Below, in pieces: positions 13,601-25,549 of a stretch of 64,000 nt of DNA (position 1 is its first letter; each line of letters begins with the position of its first letter). Below the pieces are notes generated by a model, which saw only the letters and a program-made list of their open reading frames with translations, was not told where the DNA came from and ran no database searches. Source of the DNA: Cycas panzhihuaensis. Lineage: Eukaryota > Plantae > Cycadophyta. Made by a program: the position numbers and the translations under genes. The DNA lies in the NCBI GenBank assembly GCA_023213395.1, contig CM041465.1, positions 182,783,741 to 182,847,740 on the forward strand, read 5' to 3'.

Positions 13601-14288
13601 AGCTCTAACAGCTAAATTTAGTTGGGAAATCCATCAGATGGATGTAAAGAGCACCTTCTTAAATGACGATCTTAAAGAAGAATTTATATGAATCAACCTC
13701 CTAGATTTGTTTATAATCCTAACCTTATTTGTAAATTATAAAAATCTATCTATGGCTTAAAACAAGCTCCTCAGGCTTAGTATATAAAAATATATGATTA
13801 TCTTATACAAAATGGATACACTAAATGTATTAGTGATCCTAATCTTTACTTTAGACATGAAAATGACAATACTACTATCTTAATTCTCTATGTGGATGAT
13901 ATAATCATCATTGAATCCTTACTCTCCAATATTCATCAATTAAAATCAATCTTGATAAATAAATTTGAAATATTTGACTTAGGCCTTTTACACTATTTTC
14001 TAGGATTACAAATTTATCAAACTGATTCTGAAATAACGATATCTCAACCTAAATATATTTTAGATCTAATTAAACGATTTAATATGGACAATGTTAAATC
14101 AACTCCAAATCCTTTACAATTAGGTATTAAACTATCTACTGATCATTCTACACCACTTTGTGATCCCATAACATATCGACAACTCATAGGTAGTCTTATT
14201 TATCTAACTCACACTCATCCTGATATCTCCTATGATGTTGCCTTATGCTCTAGATATATGCAAAATCCTCATGAGTCTCATTGGAAAG
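10672..14288 (+). pseudogene. C1 Copia gag-pol (disrupted, truncated)
   Basis: IPVLTGSNYVD gag start, WIHDLGASRH protease, integrase ELIHFDIYG...FIDNFSRK, RT HQMDVKS and LYVDDII...DLGLLHYFLG. Confidence 0.92.
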
Positions 14289-17200
14289 TTAGGCCAATGT
14301 GGACTTTGATGAATGTCCCAATTACTTATGCAGGGATTACAGTTTTGATGGACTTTGTAGTAGTTCAAATATAGGACAAAAGGAAGACCTATATAGCATT
14401 ACTAGGTAGACCTTAGTTGTTGGCAACTAAGGCCATCCAAGATTGGGGGGGGGTTTACATTTATGTTAAAGGCAGGTAGCAAGGTTGTCATTTAACCTCT
14501 ATGCTTAGATGAACTGCATATTGAGAAGATCAAAGATGAGGAACAAGCATCATCTATAATCGTGAAATCAGAACCCACAGTGAGTCCTTACTTAGAAATA
14601 ACATATCAAATGCAACTGACCTTACCTAGTAGTATATCATCTTATATAATGAATTGACTACAGAATGCTTAGGACGAAACTAAATCAACTCCTTGCTATA
14701 TGATGGAAGCATGCATCGATCCTTCAGAGAATTAAGAAGAAATTAAAAGTAAGCAAATAACTTCAAATTCCTAGGCTGAGATTTCACAAGTCTATGAGAA
14801 ATAAAATTTGGAAGAATTTTTTATTAGAAAAATTTTTTAGGGTCAATTGGGCCAAGAATAAAAACATATAGATTATTGTAATCAATTTTTAAAGAGTAAT
14901 AATAAACAAGAAGAGTTTTGCTATTTGATGTTTTCATCGTCTCTTATGGGATAATCTTCTTTGTAGTATTCTAATCATGGTAGTAATTTTAAATCCTGGG
15001 ATGAATTGAGCAGAAATTTTTTGTTAAGATTTCAAAAATAAGAACTAGAATTGCCTATATTTCATAACAGTAGTAATCCTGTAACTCATATAGAAAATTA
15101 TGTACAAATTTAGGTAGAAAATCAAATTCCAAAATAGGAATGGGTGCAAAGATGGGCACAGACATTTTAAGGGATTACGATGATATGGTATAATTATTAT
15201 GAAAAGGTGCAAATGGTGGATTAGAAAGCACTTATTAAGGAATTCTACAAAACTTTTATGTACCATAATAATAATAGATGGATCCAAGAACTTTTGATAG
15301 TCTTCAAAAGTAGAATAATGAAAGAAGAATAAAGTTGTTATCAAGCCAAGATAATAAAGGATGAATTAAGAAAGAATTATAAATTTTTGTCAAAGTATTC
15401 TATTATGGAATATAAAAACTAAGTAATTGATCAAACACCAGCCTATGTATTAAAGGAAGATAAAAAGGCAGTACAAGATGAACAATTAAAATTAAGATAA
15501 ATAAATTTGGGCATGATAGAGCAACCTCAAATAATCTCTATGGGAGATTATTAGGATGTAGAAATAGTCCAACAAGCCATGACATTATTCTTGGAGTACA
15601 AGGATATCTTTGCTTGGTCCTATCAAGATTTGAAAGGTATGCTACCTGAACTTAGAGAACATAGGATCAAATTAATTAAAAGATTAAAGTCCATGCAACA
15701 ACGCCCTTATCGAATGAACCCCAAACATAAAGAAAAGATAAAAGCAAAACTAGACAAATTACTAGAAGTTACCTACATATTTGAAGTCAAAACAAGTGAA
15801 TGGATTAGTCCAGTAGTAGTGGTACAAAAAAAGAATAGGAAGTTACGAGTTTGCATGGATTATAGAGCTTTGAATAAAGTGACAGGGAAATATCCCTTCT
15901 TGATTCTATTCACTGAAGACATTCTTGAAAAAGTAGTAGGACATGAGGTATATTCTTTCACAGATGGCTTTAATGGATATAATCAGGTCAGAATTGCTAT
16001 GCAAGACTAGCTAAAAATAAACTTTATTATGGAGTGGGGAATGCATACATACAAAGTAATGCCTTTTAGATTGACAAACACACTAGCCACCTTACAAAGG
16101 ATAATTTTGAATATTTTTCAACAAATGATAGGTAAGTCAATTGAGGTATTTTTGGATGATTGGACCATATATATAATGTTGAAGGATCACCTAGCAAATT
16201 TAAGGCTAATGCTTGAGACTTACATAAGAAGTAAGTTATGTTTGAATCCAACTCAATGTACATTTTTGGTTCCATTTGGATCCTTACTTAGACATGTCAT
16301 GACCAAAGAAAGACTGCAAATAAACCCAAATAAGATAGCAATAATTTTGAATTTTTCTATACCAAAGACAGTAAAGTAAATAAAAGGCTTTCTGGGTATG
16401 ATAGGATATTATAGGAAATTTATTAAGGAATATGCTTAGATAAAAAATCCATTAGAAACTCTAATTAAGAGAAAAGTAAAATGGAAATAAGAGTTGTAAC
16501 ATCAACTAGCATTTGATCTACTAAAAAGAAAGATTATAGAAGCTCCAATTTTGAGATTCCCATACTAAGATTGACCTTTTTATATGCATGTGGATGCTTC
16601 ACTAATGGTAATTGGATGCATGTTAACTTAACCTGGCGATGATAGCATAGATCTTCCTCTTTATTTCACCAATCATAAACTAACATTACTAGAATAAAAT
16701 TATTCGGTGATAGAACATAAAGGTTTAGGCATGGTGTATGCTTTACAAACTTTAGGCATTACTTGTTAGCTAACCCCTTTACCTTCTTTGCAGATCATCA
16801 AGCTTTGAAATACTTAATAAACAAACCAATCCTACAAGGAAGGATCAATAGATGGTTGACATTGTTCTAAGAATTTAACTTTAAGATCATTGTAAAACAG
16901 GGAGAAAAACATATAGTGCCTAATGTGTTGTTAAGAGAAGTTGAGGGAGAACCAGCCATAGGAATATATAATGATTTTCCTAATGCTAAATTATTTTTTG
17001 TGGAAGTAATACCAAAATGGTATGAAGGTATTATAGAATGTTTAGCTACCAATCAGATACCAAAGGTTTAGAGTGAGTGGAATGATAAAGTTTTATTCAA
17101 AAAATGTTTCCTTTCTAATTAATTCGTAGTATATTATACAAATTAGGTCTAGATGGAGTACTACAAAGATGTATCCTAGAACATGAAGAATAGATGATTT

Positions 17201-18270
17201 TGAGAGAAGCCCACCATGGAGTCATAATCAAGCATCAAGGCGTTAAATCTATGGTATAAAATATTTTATTGGCAGGCCTATAGTGGCCAACAATATTCGA
17301 AGATATGATAGATGGGTCCAAAGTTGTGATGTCTGCTAATGTTTGGGAAAGCTTGGAAAAGGCCACTTCATATCTCTTCATTCAATTTTGGCAAAAGCAC
17401 CATTTGAGAAGTGGGGATTGGACTTTGTTGGACCAATCAACCTTTCGACAAATTGTACAAATTTAAGATATATAATAGTGGTTACTAATTTTTTCATAAA
17501 ATGGATAGAAACTTGACCTCTTAAGAATTGTGACACCAGAAGCACTATAAAATTTTTATATGAAAATAGTATAGTTCATTTTGGTTGTCCTTTAGGATTA
17601 ATGTCAGATCAAGGAACTAGTTTTTTAAATAGTACTATAAAACATCTGACTAATGAGTTTATGATCCATCACTATCAAACTTCCCCATATTATCCTAGAG
17701 CTAATAGTCAGGTTGAAAGTACTAATAAAATTTTGAAGTTAGTCTTATCAAAGATTTATAGTGAGGGAAAAATAGATTGGTCAGAATGATTGCATTCTAT
17801 CCTTTGGGTAGATAGAATGACAACCAAGCAACCACATAAGAAGACGCCATTCTAATTGGTATATGGCTTAGAAGTTATACTTCCATTGAAATTTCAGACA
17901 AAAAGTTTTTAGGTGGTAGTCCAAATACGCATGGACAAACAAAACTCTTAGAATGAGAGGATCATGGAACTATTAAAGTTGGATGACAAAAGAGCCTAAG
18001 CATTATGGGAATTGAAAATGAAAAAACGATGACAAAAGGCATGGCATGATAGATATCTGCGAGTGCCAGAGTTCCACGAAAATGATCTTATTTTAATATA
18101 CGATATTAAGTTTTAAATGAAGTTATATAAGATGAAATTGTGCTAGTTAAGACCATATAAAGTATTACACATTAGAAGAAATAGGACAATCTAGCTCATA
18201 TAGCTCGATAGGAAAATCCTTCCCAAGGTAATTAATGGTAGTCGATAAAAGCCTTATATAACAAGATTTT
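14289..18270 (+). pseudogene. B1 pol: protease C-terminus, two capsid-like modules, RT, RNase H, integrase (disrupted)
   Basis: MDFVVVQI..LLGRP protease, FAWSYQDLKG, RVCMDYRALNK, EVFLDDW, HVDAS, WGLDFVGP, SDQGTSF. Confidence 0.92.
14830..15270 (+). other. Two tandem Gag capsid-NTD-like modules inside B1 pol
   Basis: YLMFSSSLMG*SSL*YS...SWDELSRNFLLRF, then LPIFHNSSNPVTHI...F*GITMIWYN...D*KALIKEFYKTF; same frame as RT ORF 15579-16010. Confidence 0.7.
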
Positions 18271-18599
18271 TAAAAAACGATGAAAAATATAGGGCATTAA
18301 TTGTTGATATCATGAAAGGGATAACCTATTATGGTGGATAGTTAAGAAAAGAAGATTACGCTAAATCCTTAATTACAATCTTCCATGAAGATCAAGGGAC
18401 ATGTATGGAATGGATGTGACCATCATTTATGAAAAAGCTGATTTCAATCTTCTTGGCTAGCCCTTTTATGATAGTGATAGGATAGGGAAAGGATGAGCAT
18501 GATGATTAATAATTGCAACAGTTATTGAGAATTATCCAAGGTAGTTGATATATTGAGTGTGACATCTTCAATCTCCAGTCTAGAATTGCAGACAGATGA

Positions 18600-20400
18600 A
18601 GTACAATAATGGCATCCTCTAATTAATAGTGAACAATAGTAACTTTTAGGGAGTTCAATGATGAGCATAGTTGAGCACAATGACTCCAAATACTGGTTGA
18701 AGATGAATGCAAGAGAAAACTAATTTTTGTAGGGCTAAATTAGTACATCATGGTGGGCATTCTTCCAAATATTTATAGTTTTTAATCGACGACCACAACA
18801 ATGGTAGCTTGATGACCATCCTTATTAGATTTTTCAGTTGAAGCCATCACTGGGGTAATAAGGTTACTAAATAAAGGCCTAGATATTCCAAAGTATAAAC
18901 AAATTTCTAGAGAATAGGTTGCATATAAAATTAGAGCAAGGGAATAATATGTTTCTACTTTTTAAATTCATATCTCAGGGATTTCATCTAAAGAGAGATG
19001 GTGGATAGCAACTTTTCTATTCACCAAAGTCATATTAGGGCAGAAGAATTTGTTTGTTCTTACTCATCTACAAACAATGTTATTAAAGGTCATAGAGGGC
19101 ATCAGTTCAACTAGGCCAAATTTGTTTCAAATGAAATTTTAAGGAATTTGGAGGTTTTTAAGAGTGCTTCTCAGTCTATCTTATTTTTCTATCATACCTT
19201 GTTGCAAGGATTGTTATTTGTATAATGTCTAGGTATCCAACATTAAGAAGTGGAGGAAGGACAACCTTTATAGGATAAATGGATGGAGTTATTCACAAGG
19301 GATCAGGGATGTAGTTCTATACCCCAGGCAAAATTATAGGAATAAGTAAATATATGGCTTTGATAACAATGGTAGGTAACTATTCCACAATCATGCCCAA
19401 TAAAGAAAGAAGAAGTAGAAGACAAAAAATCATGAGTAGAGGCAACTTCAAAAACCCATACCAAGGCGTAGGACTGAGAAGAGAAGAAGGAAGATAAGAA
19501 GGTAGGAAAATAAAAAGTGGAAGAAAAACTAGCCACCGATAGTGAAGGAGCAAGTCAGTCAAGGGTAGTGGAACCATTGAAGTATGACAAGAGGAACATT
19601 TAAAATGAAGGAGGTTAGCAACCTAAAAAGGATGGTAAGAAATTTTGGAAGTGTTAAATAATCAACCACCCGAAGTGGAATTTGATCAGTCCAAAGATTT
19701 CTTAGAAGAAAGCTTAGATCCAATGAGTTGTGACCCATAAGATGTCACATAATGGAAAACTTCTTTCTTAGCAAAGGTGATTGGACAAATTGTAACCTAG
19801 CTTAAGCATAGGAATGGAAGACCCCCACTAGATATGAAAAGAATTCAGTGTCTTAAAGAAAAGCTAGTAGCAACAAAAGCTTACTTGGAAATTTTGAAGG
19901 ATTTTATTATGGTATGGGTAAAGGATATGGACCTGGTGGCCCATAAAGTCAGGCATTCAAATCCCATTTTAATAAGGAAATCCCCCTAGGATTACATGAT
20001 GTAATCTATAAATTAAGAGCATGGATTATGGAAATAAGGGAGGAGGCTAGCCAAGCCTATGATTTTGGAGCAAAACTCATAACTTGCATCTAGAATTAGA
20101 AAGGATGGAAAAGTTGTACAATGAGATAACAGAGGAGGTGGAATGATTACATAGAGGAGAAAAACCCACATTAGCATAATTAGACACATTACGAGAAGTG
20201 GAAATCCTAGTGAATTATTATAGATCACAACAGATTCGAATTCCATTGACTATTGTGAGACCATATCCAACTTATATCTAATAAGCAATGAATCAGATAC
20301 ACAAAGAAATGGAGGATGTGTAGGCCATGCTCTACCTTAAAAAAATTCTTGACGAGGGGGGAAGAATGGGTGAAAATGAAAAGAAAAAAATGACGCAGAT
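18600..20400 (+). pseudogene. B1 extra sense ORF downstream of integrase (env-like position, unknown function; approximate bounds)
   Basis: Codon-level colinearity with 33480-35180 of B2, e.g. NNQPPEVEFD...WKTSFLAKVI. Confidence 0.7.
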
Positions 20401-20441
20401 AAAGTGAGTGAGGACAGTTGTTAGTTTTGTGATGGGAGAGA

Positions 20442-21122
20442 TGTGTGTGGGTAAAATTGCACACATAGTTTTGAGGAATATTACATCTTAAATGGTGATA
20501 AATCACAAGGAAAATTATGATTGGATGGATACTTATGATCGTGAGCAGATCATAATTAGGGATAAGGTTACGAGCAGATCATAGTTAGGGCCAAGGTTGT
20601 GAGCAAATCACACTTGGGGCCAAGATCATGACCAGGTTGTAGTTGGGGCTAAGATCGTAACTAGATCATAGTTGGGGCTGAGATCATGAGCAGATCGTAG
20701 TTGAAGCCACAAGTACCATCATAACACAATTCAAGTTATGATTATAATCAGATTATAATATAAAGTTTAGTTTTATATCAAATGTATTGTCAAATAAGAG
20801 CCAACCATTGGCATATTATATCATAACATTTTGTGCTATAACCAATGATTGTTAAACTATTGGATTTTCATGTATAAAAGTAGTCAGTCTAAAAGTATAT
20901 GTATGTATGAGGCATAGGGCCATTTTTGTATAGGACTTTTTTTGCTATAGTAGGCTTAGCACTACTAATTAATCCTTGTGTACTATTGGGCTTGCATTTG
21001 GTTATGAAAGGACTAGATATAGTTCCCTATATAATGGCATTATGTTTCTTATCATATGGGTGTATCTTGTGCTTGCTTTACTCAATTATATTTAATTAAT
21101 AGGTATGTAAAGCAAACATACA
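20442..21122 (+). repeat. 3' LTR of B1 (six 29-bp units at 20544-20717)
   Basis: Follows PPT GGGAGAGA; TGTGTGTGGG...CATACA, then TSD AAGAA. Confidence 0.92.
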
Positions 21123-21127
21123 AAGAA

Positions 21128-23750
21128 GAAAGATAGAACACTAGGGCTGTTTGTTGATTTCAAACAGTTGAATAAAGCTACTATCAAGAACAAATATCCT
21201 TTACCTAGGATTGAGGATTTATTAGACCAAATGAGAGGTGTGATGAGTTTTATAAAAATTAATTTGAGGTTAAAGTACTATCAAATCACAAAACACCACC
21301 TCTTTTTTGTCTAAAATTATAATTTATAACTTTGTTTCTCAACACCACCTCTCTTTTGTCTAAAATATGAAGTTATTTTCAAGATTGTATTTAGAATAAG
21401 GTATGGATACTATGAGTTTGTACTCATGCCATTTGGTTTAACAAATACACAAATAACATTCATGTGTGTGATAAATAAAGTGTTAAAAATTTAGTTAGAT
21501 AAATTATAGTGGTATTCTTTGATGATATACTCATTTATTCTAAGACAAAGGAGGAACATAAAGTGCACTTGTAAATTGTATTGTAGTTATTAGTAGAGCA
21601 TAAGTTATATGTTGAATTTAACAAATGCAATTTTACAAGGAGGAAGTACATTATTTAGGACATGTTATTTCTACAATAGGGATTTCTATTGATCCATAGA
21701 AGATAATGGTGATCATAGATTGGCCAACACCTTTAAACATATAGGAAGTAAGAAGTTTTATGGGTTGAGCAAGATATTACATAAGGTATGTAAAGAATTT
21801 CTCTAGATTAACAACTCCCATTACTTCATTACAACAAAAGAATATTTAATTCAAATGAATAGAGGAATGCAAGGAAATATTCTAATTATTAAAAAGGTTA
21901 CTCATGATAGCCCTAATTTTTGTTATGGTAGATCCCAACTTAGAATTTCTAGTATGTACTAATGCCATCACTGAAAGATTGGGTGTAATATTGATGTAGG
22001 ATGGAAAAGTGATCTTGTATAAATCAAGAAAGTTAAAAGAGCATGAAAAAAATTATCTAGTTGATGACTTGAAACTTATAATTGTAATACATACACTCAA
22101 AGTTTGGACACACTATTTTCTAGTGAGAAAATTTGATCTCTAGACAAATCATAGTAGCCTTCAACACATTTTTACATAGCCCCAATTAAATGCTAAACAA
22201 TGCAGATGGATGAAGATCATTAGTAAACTTGATTTTGAAGTGCACTACATCAAAGGCAAGGAAAATAAAGTGACATATGCTTTGAGTAGAGGACGATATG
22301 TTGCATATGTAAGTATGCCCAGAACTAATCTAATTGACTTAATTTTAAAAGCATATGAGGGAGATGAAATGTATTGCCATGCAAAAAGGCATTTTGCATC
22401 AATAAGAAGAGCATCAAAATGTAAATGCTAAGCTGTCTAGAAATTTTGTAGAGTTTACAATAATAGAAAATGATGCATTGACATTTTAAAAATAAATTTA
22501 TGTGTTATAAAGCATTGAAATTAGAGATTTAATTTTGCATGAAGCTCATGAAGCATCATATGTAGGGCACCCTGGGTACCATAAGATCTATGTAGCTATG
22601 AAGAAGAGTTTTGATTGGCTAGTTAAGAAGAAAGATATAATTGAATTTGTTGTAAAGTGTTTAAATTGCCAAAGAGTAAAGGCAAAACATAAACATCTAG
22701 TAGGTTTGTTACAACCATTAGAAATTCTAGAATGGAAATGGGAAATGATCTCAATGAATTTTATAACAAGATTATTGAAAAATAATCAATATTATGATGC
22801 CATCTTAGTAGTTATGGAAAATTTGACTAAGTTCATATATTTTATCCCTATCCATTATACTCGTGTAACATTAAACATTGTAACCATCTTTATGAAAGAA
22901 ATAGTTAAGTTACATGGAATGCCCAACGTAATTATTTTTGATAAAGATGCAAATTTTACCTCTAAATTTGGTAATTAATGTTTAGGGCATTCAAAACAAA
23001 GTTAAATTTTAATACAACCTACCATCCAAAATCAGGTGGTCAAACTAAAAGAGTTAACTAAATATTAGAGGATTTACTTCAAATGTTTACTGTGAAGCAA
23101 TCAATACATTAGGAGGATTATTTACATTTTACAAAGTTTGCATACAATAATATACATCATTCTTCATTAGGAATGAGTCCCTTTGAAGCTTCATATGGAT
23201 AAAGGTATAATACACCACTCAACTAGAATAATCTAGAAGACATATATGTGATGGGGCCTAAATTGTTATAAAAGACAAGCATTCAGTTACTAAAATTAAA
23301 CAATAGTTGAGGATAACATAGAATAGTTAGAAGAGTTATACTATTTTGAAGAGGACAAACAAGACATTTCAAATCAATAAGCATGCATTCTTAAGGATAA
23401 GACCTAAACATAGTTTAATTTGTTTAGTTACATGCAAAAAGTTAGCACCTAGATATTATGGGGCATTTGAAATTCTTAAAAAGATTGGGCAAGTAGTATG
23501 CAAACTAGTATTGCCACCAAACTTGAAGGTACATAATAAAGAAATATGTAGAAGATTCAAGTATATTTTGGATTGGACTAATCTTGAAATAAGACCAAGT
23601 TTGGATTTTGAAGAGGGGCCAATTATAATTGTAGACAACAGAAGCAAGTCATGGTACAATGGTGACACTTAACTCCAAAAGAAGCTACTTGGGAACTTTA
23701 AAAAGATATAATGCAAAGTACCCATAGTTGTTCATAATAGACTATAATAC
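21128..23750 (+). pseudogene. A RT, RNase H, integrase and chromodomain remnant (disrupted)
   Basis: [45 protein letters not shown]...C..C, KWEMISMNFIT, KLAPRYYGAF, EATWE at ~23680. Confidence 0.92.
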
Positions 23751-23770
23751 ATCAAAATGATATAATTTTT

Positions 23771-23782
23771 AAGGGAAGGGGA
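23771..23782 (+). other. Polypurine tract of A
   Basis: AAGGGAAGGGGA just before the TGTAATAG LTR start at 23784. Confidence 0.85.
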
Positions 23783-23783
23783 T

Positions 23784-25152
23784 TGTAATAGCTATCCTTA
23801 AGGTGATTTAGATCTTAAGAAAATATTCTTTTAGATAGATTCTTTCTCATAACTATGTACATTCTTCTTATCTCAATAGCTTTATATAATTATAAATATT
23901 CTTTATTTCGTTTATAGTTCACCCTATGTAAGATGTATGTATTTTATATAACACCATGTATGAGTGTGCACTATTTTATTTTAATGTTCATCCTTGTGAG
24001 GCGGCAATTTATTCCATGCTCCACTAGGTAATAGAATACACCATTTAGTGTTATTTAGAATACCATAGTTTAGTTTGTTTTGTTGCATAGTGTTAGATTT
24101 TACTCTTGTAGCTTGTAACATATAAAAGCCAACTAGATTACTCTCAAAGAGTGGCTATATGGGGAGGCACATGTCATGAAGGAATAATAGGGGGGTAGAA
24201 ATAAAGGTAAGGGATAGGTGATAGATATTAGATATCTGTTTGATTATTTTTTAAGGGAAAAAAATACCAAAAGTTCAACATGATATTTTATCAAGGCTAA
24301 ACTCAATAAAGTGAAGAAGAGATTACCAACTTTCTAGTAAATGGTATATTACTCAAAACTAAATTTATATTGGTGAGTTATTAAACTTTAAAGTCATTGG
24401 TTAGATTTATATTAGTATATTAAGAGTTACTCACAAATTTACAAGTGGGGAAATGAGTTAAGACTACTCAGTTGTTAGTTCATGAACTTGCAAATAATGT
24501 AATATAAAGGAATATTCACATGAGTGGCATTAAGTGAAAATATAAAGAAGTAGTGTTCGCAACTTGCATATGAGTACATGGGTATTTAACTAATAATATA
24601 ATGGTGTAAAAATGTCCATACAAGTAAATCTATGATAGATCTTCATATTTTGAGTTGTAACTCATTGATTAACTAATATATCTACTTCAGAACCAATTAT
24701 ACAAAGCATTCAGAAGGTTAACCCATTTGAAGAATGGGAAAGATCGGATCAAAATATATAAAAATAGAGAGAACATAGAATATAGGTTGTTCACTTGTCT
24801 TTTCTTTATTCATACTTTAAGCATGTAACTATGTAACAAATAGAAAATGATTCAGATGATGGGTATAACAAATTATTTGATAAAGAAGCTAATGGAGATG
24901 GAAGAGATGATTTTGATAGTGTTAAATTTATATTAATAAGCTTGCAAGAGTTTCTATACCTAAAGTGTGATTCTGGGAAGTATTTTACAGTGTGGTTGAA
25001 ATAAATTGAAGAGGTTGAATGTGTTTTACTTGAAACTAGTTAGTTTTACTTGAAGCTTTTGCAATTTAATAATGAATGGATATGCATACCCTTTGGTGAT
25101 CACTCTCAACCTATGAAGGGGAAGTAATTGGACTGTATCATGAATGTGTGTG
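23784..25152 (+). repeat. 3' LTR of A, left part (interrupted by B2)
   Basis: Colinear with 895-2090 from ~23996. Confidence 0.9.
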
Positions 25153-25522
25153 TGTGTGTGGATGTATTAGTTGTAACCCAATTAACATAATTAAATGGTT
25201 GCAACCAACTCAAGCTGTAGGTAAGTATAAATATAATAGGAACATCAGGGATGTAGGTTTTTCTAGTTTTTGGGTAGTAGTTGTTTTGGTTGTTATTGTA
25301 TGGAATGTAGTTGTCCACACTTTATACCTTACTATATTTATTTCGATGACCATGTGTACTATTCTGGGTTATCTATGGTTGTGAGAGAACCAGAGCAACC
25401 TATCATAATGTAATGACAATGGTTCTTATCCTCAAAACATCATGCCTTTGAATCTTAATGAATGTTGGTGTTTTTGTTATTCTTGTGCCTATTTCTATAT
25501 GCATTGAAAGGAGCTACACACA
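25153..25522 (+). repeat. 5' LTR of B2 (~370 bp)
   Basis: Colinear with 35267-35634; followed by PBS TGGTTCTATTGTCG. Confidence 0.9.
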
Positions 25523-25549
25523 TTGGTTCTATTGTCGAATTGAGCCAGG

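Larger units (their letters stand above)
8608..14288 (+). mobile_element. Ty1/Copia element C1 inserted in B1; RNase H and 3' LTR deleted
   Basis: Probable LTR 8608-8977 (left edge tentative), exact PBS at 8978-8989, gag-PR-INT-RT order. Ends abruptly at PHESHWK. Confidence 0.88.
6306..21122 (+). mobile_element. Ty3/Gypsy non-chromovirus element B1 (Phygy/Athila-like), inserted in the RT of A
   Basis: LTRs 6306-6954 and 20442-21122; TSD AAGAA at 6301-6305 and 21123-21127. Removing B1 restores the A reading [22 protein letters not shown]. No chromodomain or extra RNase H seen. Confidence 0.93.

Noticed and set aside
13892-14374. 160-aa ORF as a novel functional gene
   Set aside because: It is a deletion junction between two pseudogenes and starts inside the RT YVDD motif.
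14830-15270. Capsid-like modules as a separate nested element inside pol
   Set aside because: No flanking LTRs or TSD, same position in two diverged elements, and in frame with RT in B1.
23764-23802. PPT hairpin in Gypsy A (TTAAGG...CCTTAA), and similar short matches in B1 and E
   Set aside because: Stems of 6-7 bp are expected by chance in AT-rich DNA.
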